NCBI GenBank assembly: GCA_910578855.1 | Contig: CAJTRV010000005.1 | Location: 788-64,787 of the forward strand | Direction: 5' to 3' | DNA: 64,000 nucleotides | Source: an uncultured Bacilli bacterium | GTDB lineage: Bacteria > Bacillota_I > Bacilli_A > RF39 > UBA660 | Shown here: positions 46,843 to 56,795 of the stretch, in pieces | How positions within the stretch are numbered: position 1 is the stretch's first letter | Layout of the letters: every line of letters begins with the position of its first letter | Program-made: the position numbers and the translations under genes | The notes under the pieces: model-generated | Database searches by the model: none | The model's input: the letters and a program-made list of their open reading frames with translations, nothing else | What the model was told of the DNA's origin: nothing

Positions 46843-48993
46843 TTACTGTGGTGGTAAAAGGGTAAGAGCAACTTTTTTCTTTTCTAATAAAATTTCATCG
46901 ACATAACAGGTTACGATATCACCAACATTGACTACTTCCGACGGATGTTTAATATAATGGTCTGTTAACTTAGAAATATGGGCTAAGCCATCGTTTTTAA
47001 GGCCAATATCAATAAACGCCCCAAAGTCAACGACATTCCGAACAGTTCCCTGTAATTCCATTCCTACTTTTAAATCTTCCAGTTGTAAGATATCACTTTT
47101 TAAAATGGGGGCTGGAATCTCGTCACGGGGATCTCGGTTAGGTTTTGATAAGGAGGAAACAATATCCTCTAGGGTATAATAATCGGTTTTCAAATGAGTC
47201 GCCATATCGTTGAGATCAAGTTGTCCTAGTTGTTCACGCAACTCATTGGTTCCCAGCATCTCGATGGTCAGTCCTAACTGATCTAATAATTGAAAGGCAA
47301 TTGGATAACTTTCTGGGTGAATCCCAGTCGCATCTAAGCGGTTATCACCATCGGGGATCCGTAAAAAACCAATTGCTTGTTCATAAACTTTATCACTGAC
47401 TAATTTTTGTTTCTTCAGTTCTAAACGATTATTAAATTTTCCAAATTGATCACGATATGCCAAAAGCTTATCGATGTTCTTTTTGGTAAGACCTGATACA
47501 TAAGTTAATAAGGAACGACTCGCGGTATTGAGGTTGACACCCACCATATTCACGGATTTTCTTACGACAAAATCAAGTGAACTTGCGAGTTCTTTACGGG
47601 GAACATCATGTTGATATAACCCAACTCCGATACTCTCAGGATCGATTTTAACTAATTCTGCAAGCGGATCTTGTAATCGTCTTCCAATACTAATCGCACT
47701 CCGCTTTTCAACGGTTAAATCAGGATACTCACTGATTGCGAGCTTACTTGCCGAGTAAACACTGGCTCCAGCTTCATTGACAATCACATATTGAAATGAA
47801 CGAGGACTTACTTTAATGGTATCGACGATAAATTGGACACTCTCCCGACTCGCCGTTCCATTTCCAATGGCCACGATATCAATCTGATAGTTCTGAACTA
47901 GATCCAGAACAATCCGCCTAGCTTCTTCCACCTTATTCTGAGGTGCATGCGGATAAATAACTTGAATATCCAACATTTTTCCCGTTTGATCGATGACGGC
48001 TAGTTTACAACCAGTTCTATATGCGGGATCAAATCCTAAAACCATTTTTCCTTTCATCGGTGGCTGCAACAATAATTGCTCCAGATTTTTCCCGAAATTA
48101 GATATCGCTACAGTATTCGCCTTCTCCGTTAATTCACTACGGAGCTCACGTTCAATACTTGGGGCAATCAAGCGTTTATAGCTATCCGCAATCGCATCCT
48201 TGATCACATCCGTTACAAAAGAACTTGGTTGTTTGATTATTTTTGATTCTAAATAAGCAAGGATTTTATCTTTATCGACATCAATCGTAACATTCAATAT
48301 CTTTTCTTTCTCACCCCGGTTAATGGCTAAAACCCGATGTGGTTTGACCTGTTTGATGACCTCTTGATAATCATAGTACATCTCATAAACTTTTTCAGGA
48401 TCCAACGCATTCTTTTTTAATTTGGTGCGAAGAACACCATATAAATAGGTATTGGTGCGAATCCATTTTCGGTAGCCAGCATGATCACTGATCCATTCGG
48501 CAATAATATAGGATGCCCCTGTAATCGCGTCTTCGGTGGTTGGAACCTGCTCATTTAAAAACTTCTGAGCCAAGGTATCCAATGATCCAGTCGTTGGAAA
48601 GGACATCATCATTTTCGAAAGTGGCTCTAAGCCAGCTGCCAGCGCCGCTGTTGCCTTGGTCTTCTTTTTCTCTTTATATGGCCGGTATAAGTCCTCTACC
48701 TCGACTAATTTACTCGCCTTCATAATACTTTGCCGTAACGCCTCTGTCATTAAGCCCTTTTCATCAATTAAGCGAATGACATCTTCTTTACGTTTTAATA
48801 AATTGACTTGATATTCATAAACATCATGAATGCTACGAATCTGTTCTTCATCTAACGCCCCCGTTACTTCTTTCCGATAACGAGCAATGAAGGGAATGGT
48901 ATTCCCTTCACTGAGTAGTGCTAATGTTTTCGTTACTTGAGCTTCAGTTACCTGAAGAGTGGTTGCAATTTCTTTTACTATATGCTCGTTCAT
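46843..48993 (-). CDS. tex: transcription accessory protein Tex (YqgF/HhH/S1 domains)
   Basis: 716 aa, C-terminal S1 domain GMELQGTVRNVVDFGAFIDIG. Confidence 0.9.
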   Translation of the reverse strand: MNEHIVKEIATTLQVTEAQVTKTLALLSEGNTIPFIARYRKEVTGALDEEQIRSIHDVYEYQVNLLKRKEDVIRLIDEKGLMTEALRQSIMKASKLVEVEDLYRPYKEKKKTKATAALAAGLEPLSKMMMSFPTTGSLDTLAQKFLNEQVPTTEDAITGASYIIAEWISDHAGYRKWIRTNTYLYGVLRTKLKKNALDPEKVYEMYYDYQEVIKQVKPHRVLAINRGEKEKILNVTIDVDKDKILAYLESKIIKQPSSFVTDVIKDAIADSYKRLIAPSIERELRSELTEKANTVAISNFGKNLEQLLLQPPMKGKMVLGFDPAYRTGCKLAVIDQTGKMLDIQVIYPHAPQNKVEEARRIVLDLVQNYQIDIVAIGNGTASRESVQFIVDTIKVSPRSFQYVIVNEAGASVYSASKLAISEYPDLTVEKRSAISIGRRLQDPLAELVKIDPESIGVGLYQHDVPRKELASSLDFVVRKSVNMVGVNLNTASRSLLTYVSGLTKKNIDKLLAYRDQFGKFNNRLELKKQKLVSDKVYEQAIGFLRIPDGDNRLDATGIHPESYPIAFQLLDQLGLTIEMLGTNELREQLGQLDLNDMATHLKTDYYTLEDIVSSLSKPNRDPRDEIPAPILKSDILQLEDLKVGMELQGTVRNVVDFGAFIDIGLKNDGLAHISKLTDHYIKHPSEVVNVGDIVTCYVDEILLEKKKVALTLLPPQ

Positions 48994-49007
48994 AATTCCT
49001 CCCTGAA

Positions 49008-49562
49008 TTAATATACATGATTTTCTTTTAAAAATTTAATAAATGTTTCGCGGTTTAAATACCCAGCCATCATTCCTGATGGGTTCCCTTGGGTTTTATC
49101 ACTTCTAGTATCGACAATCTGTCCTTTCTCAATAACGAGAACCATTGGAACAATTAAATTGTTCTGCGTTGGCACAAAGACATTCTGAAGCTTGGTAATC
49201 CGCTCTCCCTCTTTGATATCGGTAATATCGAGATAATAATACTGATGACCACGAATGCGCGCTAGATCCTGAATGACGGGTGTAAATTCTTTACTGATCT
49301 CATCATCTGATCCAATATACACAACGGTTCTTTCTTCTAACTTGTTATACTTTAGATAATCATCCAAGGTAATTTCAACAAGACCACCACGGGCATTATA
49401 AAACCATACAGTGAAGAAAAGAATTGTCACAATCGCAACGCCACCAATCGCAATAAAATATTTCCATATTCCTAAATGATCCTTCTTTTGGCGTGATTTT
49501 CGTTTCTTTTTTTCTTTATTAATTGCTTTTAAATCAATTACTTCTGTTTTATCATTTTTCAT
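49008..49562 (-). CDS. membrane-anchored thioredoxin-fold-like protein lacking CxxC (hypothetical)
   Basis: Basic N-terminus, TM helix, and soluble domain with no Cys pair. Confidence 0.45.
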   Translation of the reverse strand: MKNDKTEVIDLKAINKEKKKRKSRQKKDHLGIWKYFIAIGGVAIVTILFFTVWFYNARGGLVEITLDDYLKYNKLEERTVVYIGSDDEISKEFTPVIQDLARIRGHQYYYLDITDIKEGERITKLQNVFVPTQNNLIVPMVLVIEKGQIVDTRSDKTQGNPSGMMAGYLNRETFIKFLKENHVY

Positions 49563-49696
49563 AATTTCGCTCCTTTATTATTCTATGGTCATTATATCAT
49601 AATTTTTTTGAAAAGAAAACCTGTATGCCAGATTGTCATAAATCTAGGTAGAAAGAAAAAGGCGCATTATTTCTTGCCCCTCTTCTTTATCACGTT

Positions 49697-52213
49697 TTAT
49701 TTTCCTTCAAAATCATCTAAGAAATCATCAATGGTCATAAATTTATCATCGACTTCTTTTAATGAAACGGTGGTGGATATTACTTCCTCTTCTGCAACTA
49801 CATCCATATCCTCTTTATTGGTTAGTGTTGCAAGAACACCTAGGTAATCGATTGATCCTTTTAACATCATTCCAGTTGAATAACGATCGGCAATTGGAAA
49901 CTCGGTAATTTTAAGTTCCTTTTTATCTTTGTCATCCATCATCACCAACAATTCTTTATTAGAAATCATAAAGGTTTTTAAAATATAATATGGATTGGTT
50001 TTTACATCGCGAACAACAATAATCCCCCGACGCGCTCGGGCCGTTTTATCGAACTCACTTAGTTTAATCCGCTTCGCAGTATTCTTTTCCGTAATTACCG
50101 TTAAATACTCACAAGTTTGTTGAAACAAGTGGGCACTGACTACTTGGTCATCTTTTAAAGCGATGGCCTTCACACCCCCAGCTTTGATGCCAGTTACCGG
50201 AACTTCATCGATGCCATACCACAAGCCATATCCCCGGCGAGTAGTAATAAAGACTTCCTTTTTAGGACTCATGATTGCTTGTAGCAATTCATCATCCCCT
50301 TTTAATTTCATACAAGTAAGCGGTTTTGAGTAACGTTGCACTTGGAAATCTTTGAGACTACTACGCTTCACCATTCCTTGTTTGGTAAACGTTGTAATAT
50401 ACATTTCTGCTTCAAAGTCATATACCGGAATACTACTAACGACATATTCATCAGCCTTGATCTTAATAATATTACTAATGTGTTTCCCAAGCTCTTTCCA
50501 TTTTAAATCAGGAATTTCATGAACGGGAACATATAAATAATTTCCAAGGTTGGTAAACAATAGCAAGGTATCCAGAGTATTCATTCCATAGATTCCAGTT
50601 ACAATATCACCAGCTTTTAACAACGTCTCATCACTATTTGATTGATAGATCCGCTGTGATACTCGTTTGACATAGCCATCTTTGGTTACGATAACAATAA
50701 CATCTTCTTTTGGAATCATCTGAGTGGTATCGATCTTAATCTCGGTAATTTGCTCCTTAATCTCAGTTTTCCGCTCCGTTGCATACTCTTTTTTGATTTC
50801 TCGAAGTTCTTTCTTCACGACATTTTTTAATTTATCCTCATCACTTAAAATTGCTTCTAATCCTTTGATAATCAGTTCTAGTTTTTTACTCTCCTCGATG
50901 AGTTCTGTAACATCGGTATTACTTAACTTATAAAGTTGCAAGCGAACAATCGCATCTGCCTGTAACTCGGTAAAATCATATTGCTTTACCAAGTTTGCTG
51001 TCGCATCAACCCGGTTCTTACTCGCCCGAATTGTCTTGATAATATCATCGAGAATCGATAATGCTTTGATTAAACCAGCAACGATATGATGACGAGCCTG
51101 CGCAGCTTCTAAATCATACTTTGTACGGCGAGTAACCACTTCTTCTTGATGCTTGATATAAGCATCTAGTAACGGAAGAATTCCCAGGGTCATCGGCCGG
51201 TGATTGACAATCGCTACCATATTATAATTGTAAGAGATTTGTAAATCAGTATTTTTATAAAGATACGCCAAGATGAATTCCTTATCGACATCTTTCTTTA
51301 GATCAATGGCAATCCGAATCGTTTCCGCTGATTCATCGCGAACATCGAGAATCCCCTCGATCTTTTTATCAATTCTAATATCGTTTATTTTCTTAACAAT
51401 TCCCAGCATCTTATTGACATCAAAGGGAATTTCATCAACGACAATACGATTGAGTTTCTTTTCTTCTTCAAAATGAATCTTCGAACGAACAATGACACGA
51501 CCACGTCCCGTTTTAAAGGCATCGATAATCCCTTGTTTTCCTTCGACAATTGCCCCTGTTGGGAAATCTGGCCCTTTCACGATATCTAAGATCGTATCTA
51601 AGTAACAGTTGGGGCTATCAATTCGTTTGATGGTAGCATCGATGATTTCCCCTAGATTATGGGGCGGAATATTCGTCGCATAACCAGCACTAATTCCGTT
51701 TGATCCATTGACCAGTAGATTAGGAAATCGACTTGGTAGGACAACGGGTTCTAAGTCAGAATCATCGAAGGTTGGAGCCATATCAACGGTATTTTTCTTG
51801 ATATCTTTGACCATTTCCCCAGCGACCTTTGATAGGCGTGCTTCGGTGTAACGCATAGCAGCAGCGCCATCCCCATCCATTGATCCATTGTTTCCCTGCA
51901 TATCAATTGGACAACAATTTTGTTTCCACCACTGGCTCATCCGTACCATCGCTTCATAGATACTAGAGTCCCCATGAGGGTGGTAATTCCCCATGACATT
52001 TCCAACTGTCTTCGCACATTTACGATACTGCTTGTCATAAGTATTCCCATCCATATACATTCCATAGATAATACGGCGTTGAACTGGTTTTAAACCATCC
52101 CGGGCATCAGGAAGCGCCCGATCTTGAATGATCGACTTGGAATAACGACCAAACCGATCTCCCATAATTTCTTCTAATGGATAACTATAAATTCTTTCTA
52201 ATGCTTTTTCCAT
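49697..52213 (-). CDS. parC: DNA topoisomerase IV subunit A (type IIA topoisomerase A subunit; ParC favoured over GyrA)
   Basis: N-terminal LPDARDGLKPVQRRI and catalytic-Tyr region. No GyrA-box (QRRGGKG) in the C-terminal beta-pinwheel. Not in a dnaA/dnaN context. Confidence 0.7.
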   Translation of the reverse strand: MEKALERIYSYPLEEIMGDRFGRYSKSIIQDRALPDARDGLKPVQRRIIYGMYMDGNTYDKQYRKCAKTVGNVMGNYHPHGDSSIYEAMVRMSQWWKQNCCPIDMQGNNGSMDGDGAAAMRYTEARLSKVAGEMVKDIKKNTVDMAPTFDDSDLEPVVLPSRFPNLLVNGSNGISAGYATNIPPHNLGEIIDATIKRIDSPNCYLDTILDIVKGPDFPTGAIVEGKQGIIDAFKTGRGRVIVRSKIHFEEEKKLNRIVVDEIPFDVNKMLGIVKKINDIRIDKKIEGILDVRDESAETIRIAIDLKKDVDKEFILAYLYKNTDLQISYNYNMVAIVNHRPMTLGILPLLDAYIKHQEEVVTRRTKYDLEAAQARHHIVAGLIKALSILDDIIKTIRASKNRVDATANLVKQYDFTELQADAIVRLQLYKLSNTDVTELIEESKKLELIIKGLEAILSDEDKLKNVVKKELREIKKEYATERKTEIKEQITEIKIDTTQMIPKEDVIVIVTKDGYVKRVSQRIYQSNSDETLLKAGDIVTGIYGMNTLDTLLLFTNLGNYLYVPVHEIPDLKWKELGKHISNIIKIKADEYVVSSIPVYDFEAEMYITTFTKQGMVKRSSLKDFQVQRYSKPLTCMKLKGDDELLQAIMSPKKEVFITTRRGYGLWYGIDEVPVTGIKAGGVKAIALKDDQVVSAHLFQQTCEYLTVITEKNTAKRIKLSEFDKTARARRGIIVVRDVKTNPYYILKTFMISNKELLVMMDDKDKKELKITEFPIADRYSTGMMLKGSIDYLGVLATLTNKEDMDVVAEEEVISTTVSLKEVDDKFMTIDDFLDDFEGK

Positions 52214-52534
52214 CTACTAATCACCTTCGTTCATTATATCAAATTCTTGATTTGTTTGCAAAGAAAAACACCAACTATCATTTCTCTTTGGTTCGTAAAA
52301 ATCTTTTCTCCTATTAACATCTCTTCTCGTTTTGCAAGCTGATAATACTTCATGAGGGAGCGCTTCTAATAATATGGTGCACTCCTGAAGTGGTAAAATA
52401 AATCCCTCAAAATGCATCAGATCCAAATCGGATTCTAAGAAGAAAGGATGATATTTTAATTTTCTTAACTGCGCAATTCCTAAAAGTTATGTTATATCGC
52501 TTTCATAGATGCAGAAAACTCACCACATGGTGAG

Positions 52535-54445
52535 TTACTTTTGAATTTTATAATCATCATTTAAGGTAAAATCGACGTTTTCTTCAATCCATTCTTTACG
52601 AGGTTCTACTTTATCTCCCATTAAGACACTAACCCGTTTTTCGGCAAGGGCCGCATCAGCAATGCTTACTTTAAATAGACGTCTTGTTTCTGGTGCCATC
52701 GTCGTTACTTTTAATTCAGGCCAGTTCATCTCTCCTAGTCCTTTGTAACGTGAAAGGTGCGTCTTTTTACCTTTATATTTATTTAATATTTCGCGCATTT
52801 CTTCATCAGTCCAAGCATATTCTTTCTCTTTTCCGCATTCGATTTTATATAAAGGAGGATCGGCAACATATAATCGTCCCGTTTCAATTAATCCTTTCAT
52901 ATAACGATAGAAAAATGTAAGTAACAATACTTGAATATGGGCTCCATCATCATCGGCATCGGTCATGATGATAACTTTGGCATAGTTAGAATCAGAAGCG
53001 ACAAAGTCACTTCCGACTCCAGCTCCAATTGTATGAATCATCGTATTGATTTCTTCATTTTTTAAAATTTCTTCCATCCGTGCTTTTTCACAGTTCAAGA
53101 CTTTACCTCGAAGTGGTAAAATTGCTTGATACTTACTATCACGACCAGATTTAGCCGAACCACCAGCAGAATCTCCCTCAACTAAAAATAATTCATTGCG
53201 TTTCGGATCTTTCTTCTGAGCGACAGCTAGTTTCCCACTGAGAACACGTTCTCGTTTGCCCCGGTCTTTACCATTTCGGGCCTCATCACGGGCTTTACGA
53301 GCAGCTTCGCGTACTTGTTTACTCTTGATCATTTTATTTAAAATCTTCGTCGCAATCTCTTTATTTTCCTCAAGGAAGAATTGAAGTTTTTCACTGACGA
53401 TATTATCAACTACATTTCGGGCAAGCGGTGTTCCAAGTTTCCCTTTGGTTTGACCCTCAAACTGTAATAAATTTTCGGGAATTTGTAAACTGATAATGGC
53501 CGTTATTCCCTCACGGGTATCGTTTCCCTCTAAATTTTTATCTTTGGCTTTTAGATACCCATTGGTTCGGGCATAATCGTTGAAAATCCGGGTTAAAGCT
53601 GTTTTAAAGCCAACGACATGGGTTCCCCCATCATTGGTTTTAACATTGTTGACAAACGAAATTAAATTCTCGGAATAGTCTTCGGTATATTGAAATGCTA
53701 CCTCGACTCGAATGTCTTCTTTTACTCCTTCAAAGCCAACCACATTATGGAGGGCTTTTTTATTTTCATTCACACTCTCGACAAACGCCTCTAACCCTTT
53801 TTCATAGTGAAACAACTTTTCTTTTTGATCTTCTTCATCGATCACATGAACGGTTAATCCTTTTAACAAAAATGCACATTCCTGCATTCGCTCACAAACG
53901 GTAGTAAAAGAGAATGTCGTCGTCGAAAAGATTTCTGGATCTGGTAAGAATTGAACCCGGGTTCCGGTCCTACTGGTTTTTGTCAACCGTTTCAACGGTG
54001 CATCTAATTTCCCACCATCACAAAAGGAAATCTCATGTTCATAACCATCCCGGTTGATATGCACCCGCATCCATTTACTAAGGGCATTCACGACACTAGC
54101 TCCAACACCATGAAGACCACCAGATACTTTATATCCACCCTCTTCAAATTTTCCACCAGCGTGCAATACCGTGTAAATTACCTCAGGAGTAGAAACGCCC
54201 GATGGATGTTTTCCAACCGGAACTCCCCGTCCTTCATCTTCGACACTCACCGATCCATCACGGTGTAAGATAATCGTAATTTTCTTTCCATAGCCATTGA
54301 TTACTTCATCGATTCCATTATCGACAATCTCCCACACCAAATGGTGAAGTCCTCGTTTATCTGTTGAACCAATATACATCCCCGGCCGCTTTCTTACAGC
54401 CTCTAGCCCTTCTAATATCTTAATTGAACTTTCATCATATGCCAT
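52535..54445 (-). CDS. parE: DNA topoisomerase IV subunit B (type IIA topoisomerase B subunit)
   Basis: GHKL ATPase, TOPRIM, EGDSAGG motif. Terminator AACTCACC-acat-GGTGAGTT at 52517-52536. Confidence 0.7.
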   Translation of the reverse strand: MAYDESSIKILEGLEAVRKRPGMYIGSTDKRGLHHLVWEIVDNGIDEVINGYGKKITIILHRDGSVSVEDEGRGVPVGKHPSGVSTPEVIYTVLHAGGKFEEGGYKVSGGLHGVGASVVNALSKWMRVHINRDGYEHEISFCDGGKLDAPLKRLTKTSRTGTRVQFLPDPEIFSTTTFSFTTVCERMQECAFLLKGLTVHVIDEEDQKEKLFHYEKGLEAFVESVNENKKALHNVVGFEGVKEDIRVEVAFQYTEDYSENLISFVNNVKTNDGGTHVVGFKTALTRIFNDYARTNGYLKAKDKNLEGNDTREGITAIISLQIPENLLQFEGQTKGKLGTPLARNVVDNIVSEKLQFFLEENKEIATKILNKMIKSKQVREAARKARDEARNGKDRGKRERVLSGKLAVAQKKDPKRNELFLVEGDSAGGSAKSGRDSKYQAILPLRGKVLNCEKARMEEILKNEEINTMIHTIGAGVGSDFVASDSNYAKVIIMTDADDDGAHIQVLLLTFFYRYMKGLIETGRLYVADPPLYKIECGKEKEYAWTDEEMREILNKYKGKKTHLSRYKGLGEMNWPELKVTTMAPETRRLFKVSIADAALAEKRVSVLMGDKVEPRKEWIEENVDFTLNDDYKIQK

Positions 54446-54548
54446 ACTATCACCTCATTTATCTCATTCATTATAACAGAAAGAATAAGAAATCACAAAT
54501 ATCTTACGTTATTTTGCCAAGCAAAAAGCCACACGCTTGTGACTAGTT

Positions 54549-54860
54549 CTATTTACTCTCTTCAATCCATGAAGTTAACATTTCCTTGGGCATAAATCCA
54601 CTTTTTTGTGATACTACTTGCCCATTTTTCATTAAAAATAATGTTGGAACACTCATGACCCCATATTGTTGGGCCAAAGCACGACTCTCATCGATATCAA
54701 CTTTGACAATGTTAATCCCTGATCGGTCTGTATCTAGTTCCTCCAACACCGGTCCTAACATCTTACATGGTCCACACCAAGTGGCAAAAAAGTCGACTAA
54801 CACCAAGTCTCCAGCCACCATTTCTTTAAAATTTCCTTCATTCGCATGCATTACAGCCAT
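54549..54860 (-). CDS. trxA: thioredoxin
   Basis: WCGPCK active site, 103 aa. Confidence 0.85.
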   Translation of the reverse strand: MAVMHANEGNFKEMVAGDLVLVDFFATWCGPCKMLGPVLEELDTDRSGINIVKVDIDESRALAQQYGVMSVPTLFLMKNGQVVSQKSGFMPKEMLTSWIEESK

Positions 54861-54862
54861 AT

Positions 54863-55591
54863 CTATTCTCCTTTCTGTTGATCCTCATATTTACTTAAAA
54901 CCGTATCAATTCCTATAATTTCGATTTTCTTATTATCGACTAACTTCTGAACTGATTTGGTGGTTACAATTTTGTATTTCAACAACAAATCGAGGGCTTC
55001 CAAATTAAATTCATTGGCATTATCAAGTGTCTCATACTTTTCTTTTAAATCATGGAACTCTTCAAATACTGCAAGCCCATCTTTTGTATAATGTGACAAA
55101 ACCGGGGTATTATGCAGAATTTCATCCTTGAACTTCGAATTCTCCAACCCTTCAATATCAAAAATTGGTAACGTCAAGATATAAAGTCCAATAAATGCCA
55201 TGATAGAATACTCAACCATTCCAACCACTGCCCCTAATAACTTTGAGGGAATCCCCAAAATAATGGTAAACTTTAATAGCGTTTCGAATATCTTACTAGC
55301 AAATAAGAGCACCCGAAATAGAATCATCAATAATGAAAATACAATCATAAAAGCAATTACTTCATAGAGCACAATATTTAAAACGGTTACGCCTTTTAAG
55401 ACTCCACCAAATTTAAAAAATGGCAGCCATGTATATAGTAAACCAGAGATATAGTTTTTTAATAGATATGATAGTATGATCACAATAATAAATCCAACAA
55501 AGGAGATCAATTGTTTTGTAAAACCATTTTTGTACCCCATTACAGCGCCAAATAGGATTACCAATATAATAATAACATCAATCATATTCAT
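54863..55591 (-). CDS. cvpA: CvpA family membrane protein
   Basis: MNMIDVIIILVILFGAVMGYKNGF... CvpA N-terminus. Start moved to ATG 55591 (RBS AGGAAGGA). Confidence 0.75.
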   Translation of the reverse strand: MNMIDVIIILVILFGAVMGYKNGFTKQLISFVGFIIVIILSYLLKNYISGLLYTWLPFFKFGGVLKGVTVLNIVLYEVIAFMIVFSLLMILFRVLLFASKIFETLLKFTIILGIPSKLLGAVVGMVEYSIMAFIGLYILTLPIFDIEGLENSKFKDEILHNTPVLSHYTKDGLAVFEEFHDLKEKYETLDNANEFNLEALDLLLKYKIVTTKSVQKLVDNKKIEIIGIDTVLSKYEDQQKGE

Positions 55592-55689
55592 GGTTATCAT
55601 CCTTCCTATTAAAATTATATTACATTTTGGCAAAAAAAGAAAGCATTTCTCAAGTTAGTATGATAAAATATTCTTAAGGATGGTGGATT

Positions 55690-56646
55690 ATGACAATTAC
55701 ATTAAAGATTAGTGCGAATACAAGAGCAAAAATGGTGGAATATTTTCAAGATAAAAAACGAGAGAAAACACCACCCTATGCGGTGTTTCAAGCTGATGAG
55801 GCGGATACCGTTGTCACCTTATATGAATCAGGAAAAGTTGTGTTTCAAGGAGTAAGTGCTGATATCGATGCTGCAATGTGGAAACAAGTTGAAATGAATT
55901 TGAATCCTGGTAAAAAAATTGAAGAGAAAAATAGCGAAGACAAAAAGAAAGATGATAAAAAAAAGACAGATGGATTTGATCCTGCCATTTACTATGCGAA
56001 TAGTATTGGCTCTGACGAAGTGGGTACCGGTGATTACTTTGGACCCATCGTTGTATCAAGCGCTTATATCACCAAAGAGGATATCCCATTTCTAGAGGGC
56101 CTAGGAGTCAAAGATTCAAAGAAAATGACCGATGAAAAAATTCTCGAAGTGGTTCCAAGCATTATTAAACGAATTCCTTATCAGAGTATTATTTTAACCA
56201 ACCGGGAATACAATGCTAATTACAGTCAAGATATTAACATGAATAAAATCAAAGCCCTTCTTCATAATAAAGTTTTAGGAAAATTAAAAAACGAAGGATA
56301 TCCCTATGACTATATCGTCGTCGATCAGTTTGCCAAACCATACGTCTATTATCACTATTTAAAAGATACCCCCCAAGTAGTTCGCAATATCACATTTATG
56401 ACCAAAGCGGAAGATAAAGTCCTAAGTGTTGCCTGTGCCTCGTTAATTAGTCGGTTTATTTTTCTAAAAGAATTCGATAAACTTGGAAAATCGATGGATT
56501 TATTTCTATATAAAGGGGCTGGAAATAAGGTTGATGAAGTTGGGGTTTTGATTGCCAAGAAATATGGCATTGCTAAATTAAATGAATGTGCCAAATTAAA
56601 CTTTAAAAACACAGAAAAAATAAAGATATTATTAGAGGAATCATGA
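55690..56646 (+). CDS. rnhC: ribonuclease HIII
   Basis: N-terminal DUF3378-like domain and RNase HII/HIII motif GSDEVGTGDYFGP. Divergent from cvpA as in B. subtilis. Confidence 0.85.
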   Translation: MTITLKISANTRAKMVEYFQDKKREKTPPYAVFQADEADTVVTLYESGKVVFQGVSADIDAAMWKQVEMNLNPGKKIEEKNSEDKKKDDKKKTDGFDPAIYYANSIGSDEVGTGDYFGPIVVSSAYITKEDIPFLEGLGVKDSKKMTDEKILEVVPSIIKRIPYQSIILTNREYNANYSQDINMNKIKALLHNKVLGKLKNEGYPYDYIVVDQFAKPYVYYHYLKDTPQVVRNITFMTKAEDKVLSVACASLISRFIFLKEFDKLGKSMDLFLYKGAGNKVDEVGVLIAKKYGIAKLNECAKLNFKNTEKIKILLEES

Positions 56647-56756
56647 TAAGAGGAATCATGATGTTCCTTTTTTTATAATCTTATGAGAATCATTAATAAT
56701 TTCATTAGCTTCTTTCAACGCTTCATCTACTTTAGTTATAAGTATTTAGAACACAG

Positions 56757-56795
56757 AAAAAGAAACAGTTTATCTTTCTGTTTCTTTTTTATGAT
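56757..56795. terminator. bidirectional terminator between rnhC(+) and murC(-)
   Basis: AGAAAAAGAAACAG-tttatcttt-CTGTTTCTTTTTTAT. Confidence 0.6.

Noticed and set aside
46291-48725. Plus ORFs 46291..46473, 47993..48181, 48540..48725
   Set aside because: Antisense to cotE and tex.
49608-51476. Plus ORFs 49608..49847, 50724..50933, 51273..51476
   Set aside because: Antisense to parC and low-complexity Ser/Ile-rich.
52217-52426. 69-aa minus ORF in the parE-parC spacer
   Set aside because: No convincing SD, and it overlaps the likely parC promoter region. Kept only as a note.
52684-54268. Plus ORFs 52684..52920, 53695..53904, 54035..54268
   Set aside because: Antisense to parE.
54586-56612. 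ORFs 54586..54918(+), 55476..55658(+), 55814..56059(-), 56355..56612(-)
   Set aside because: Antisense to trxA, cvpA, and rnhC respectively.
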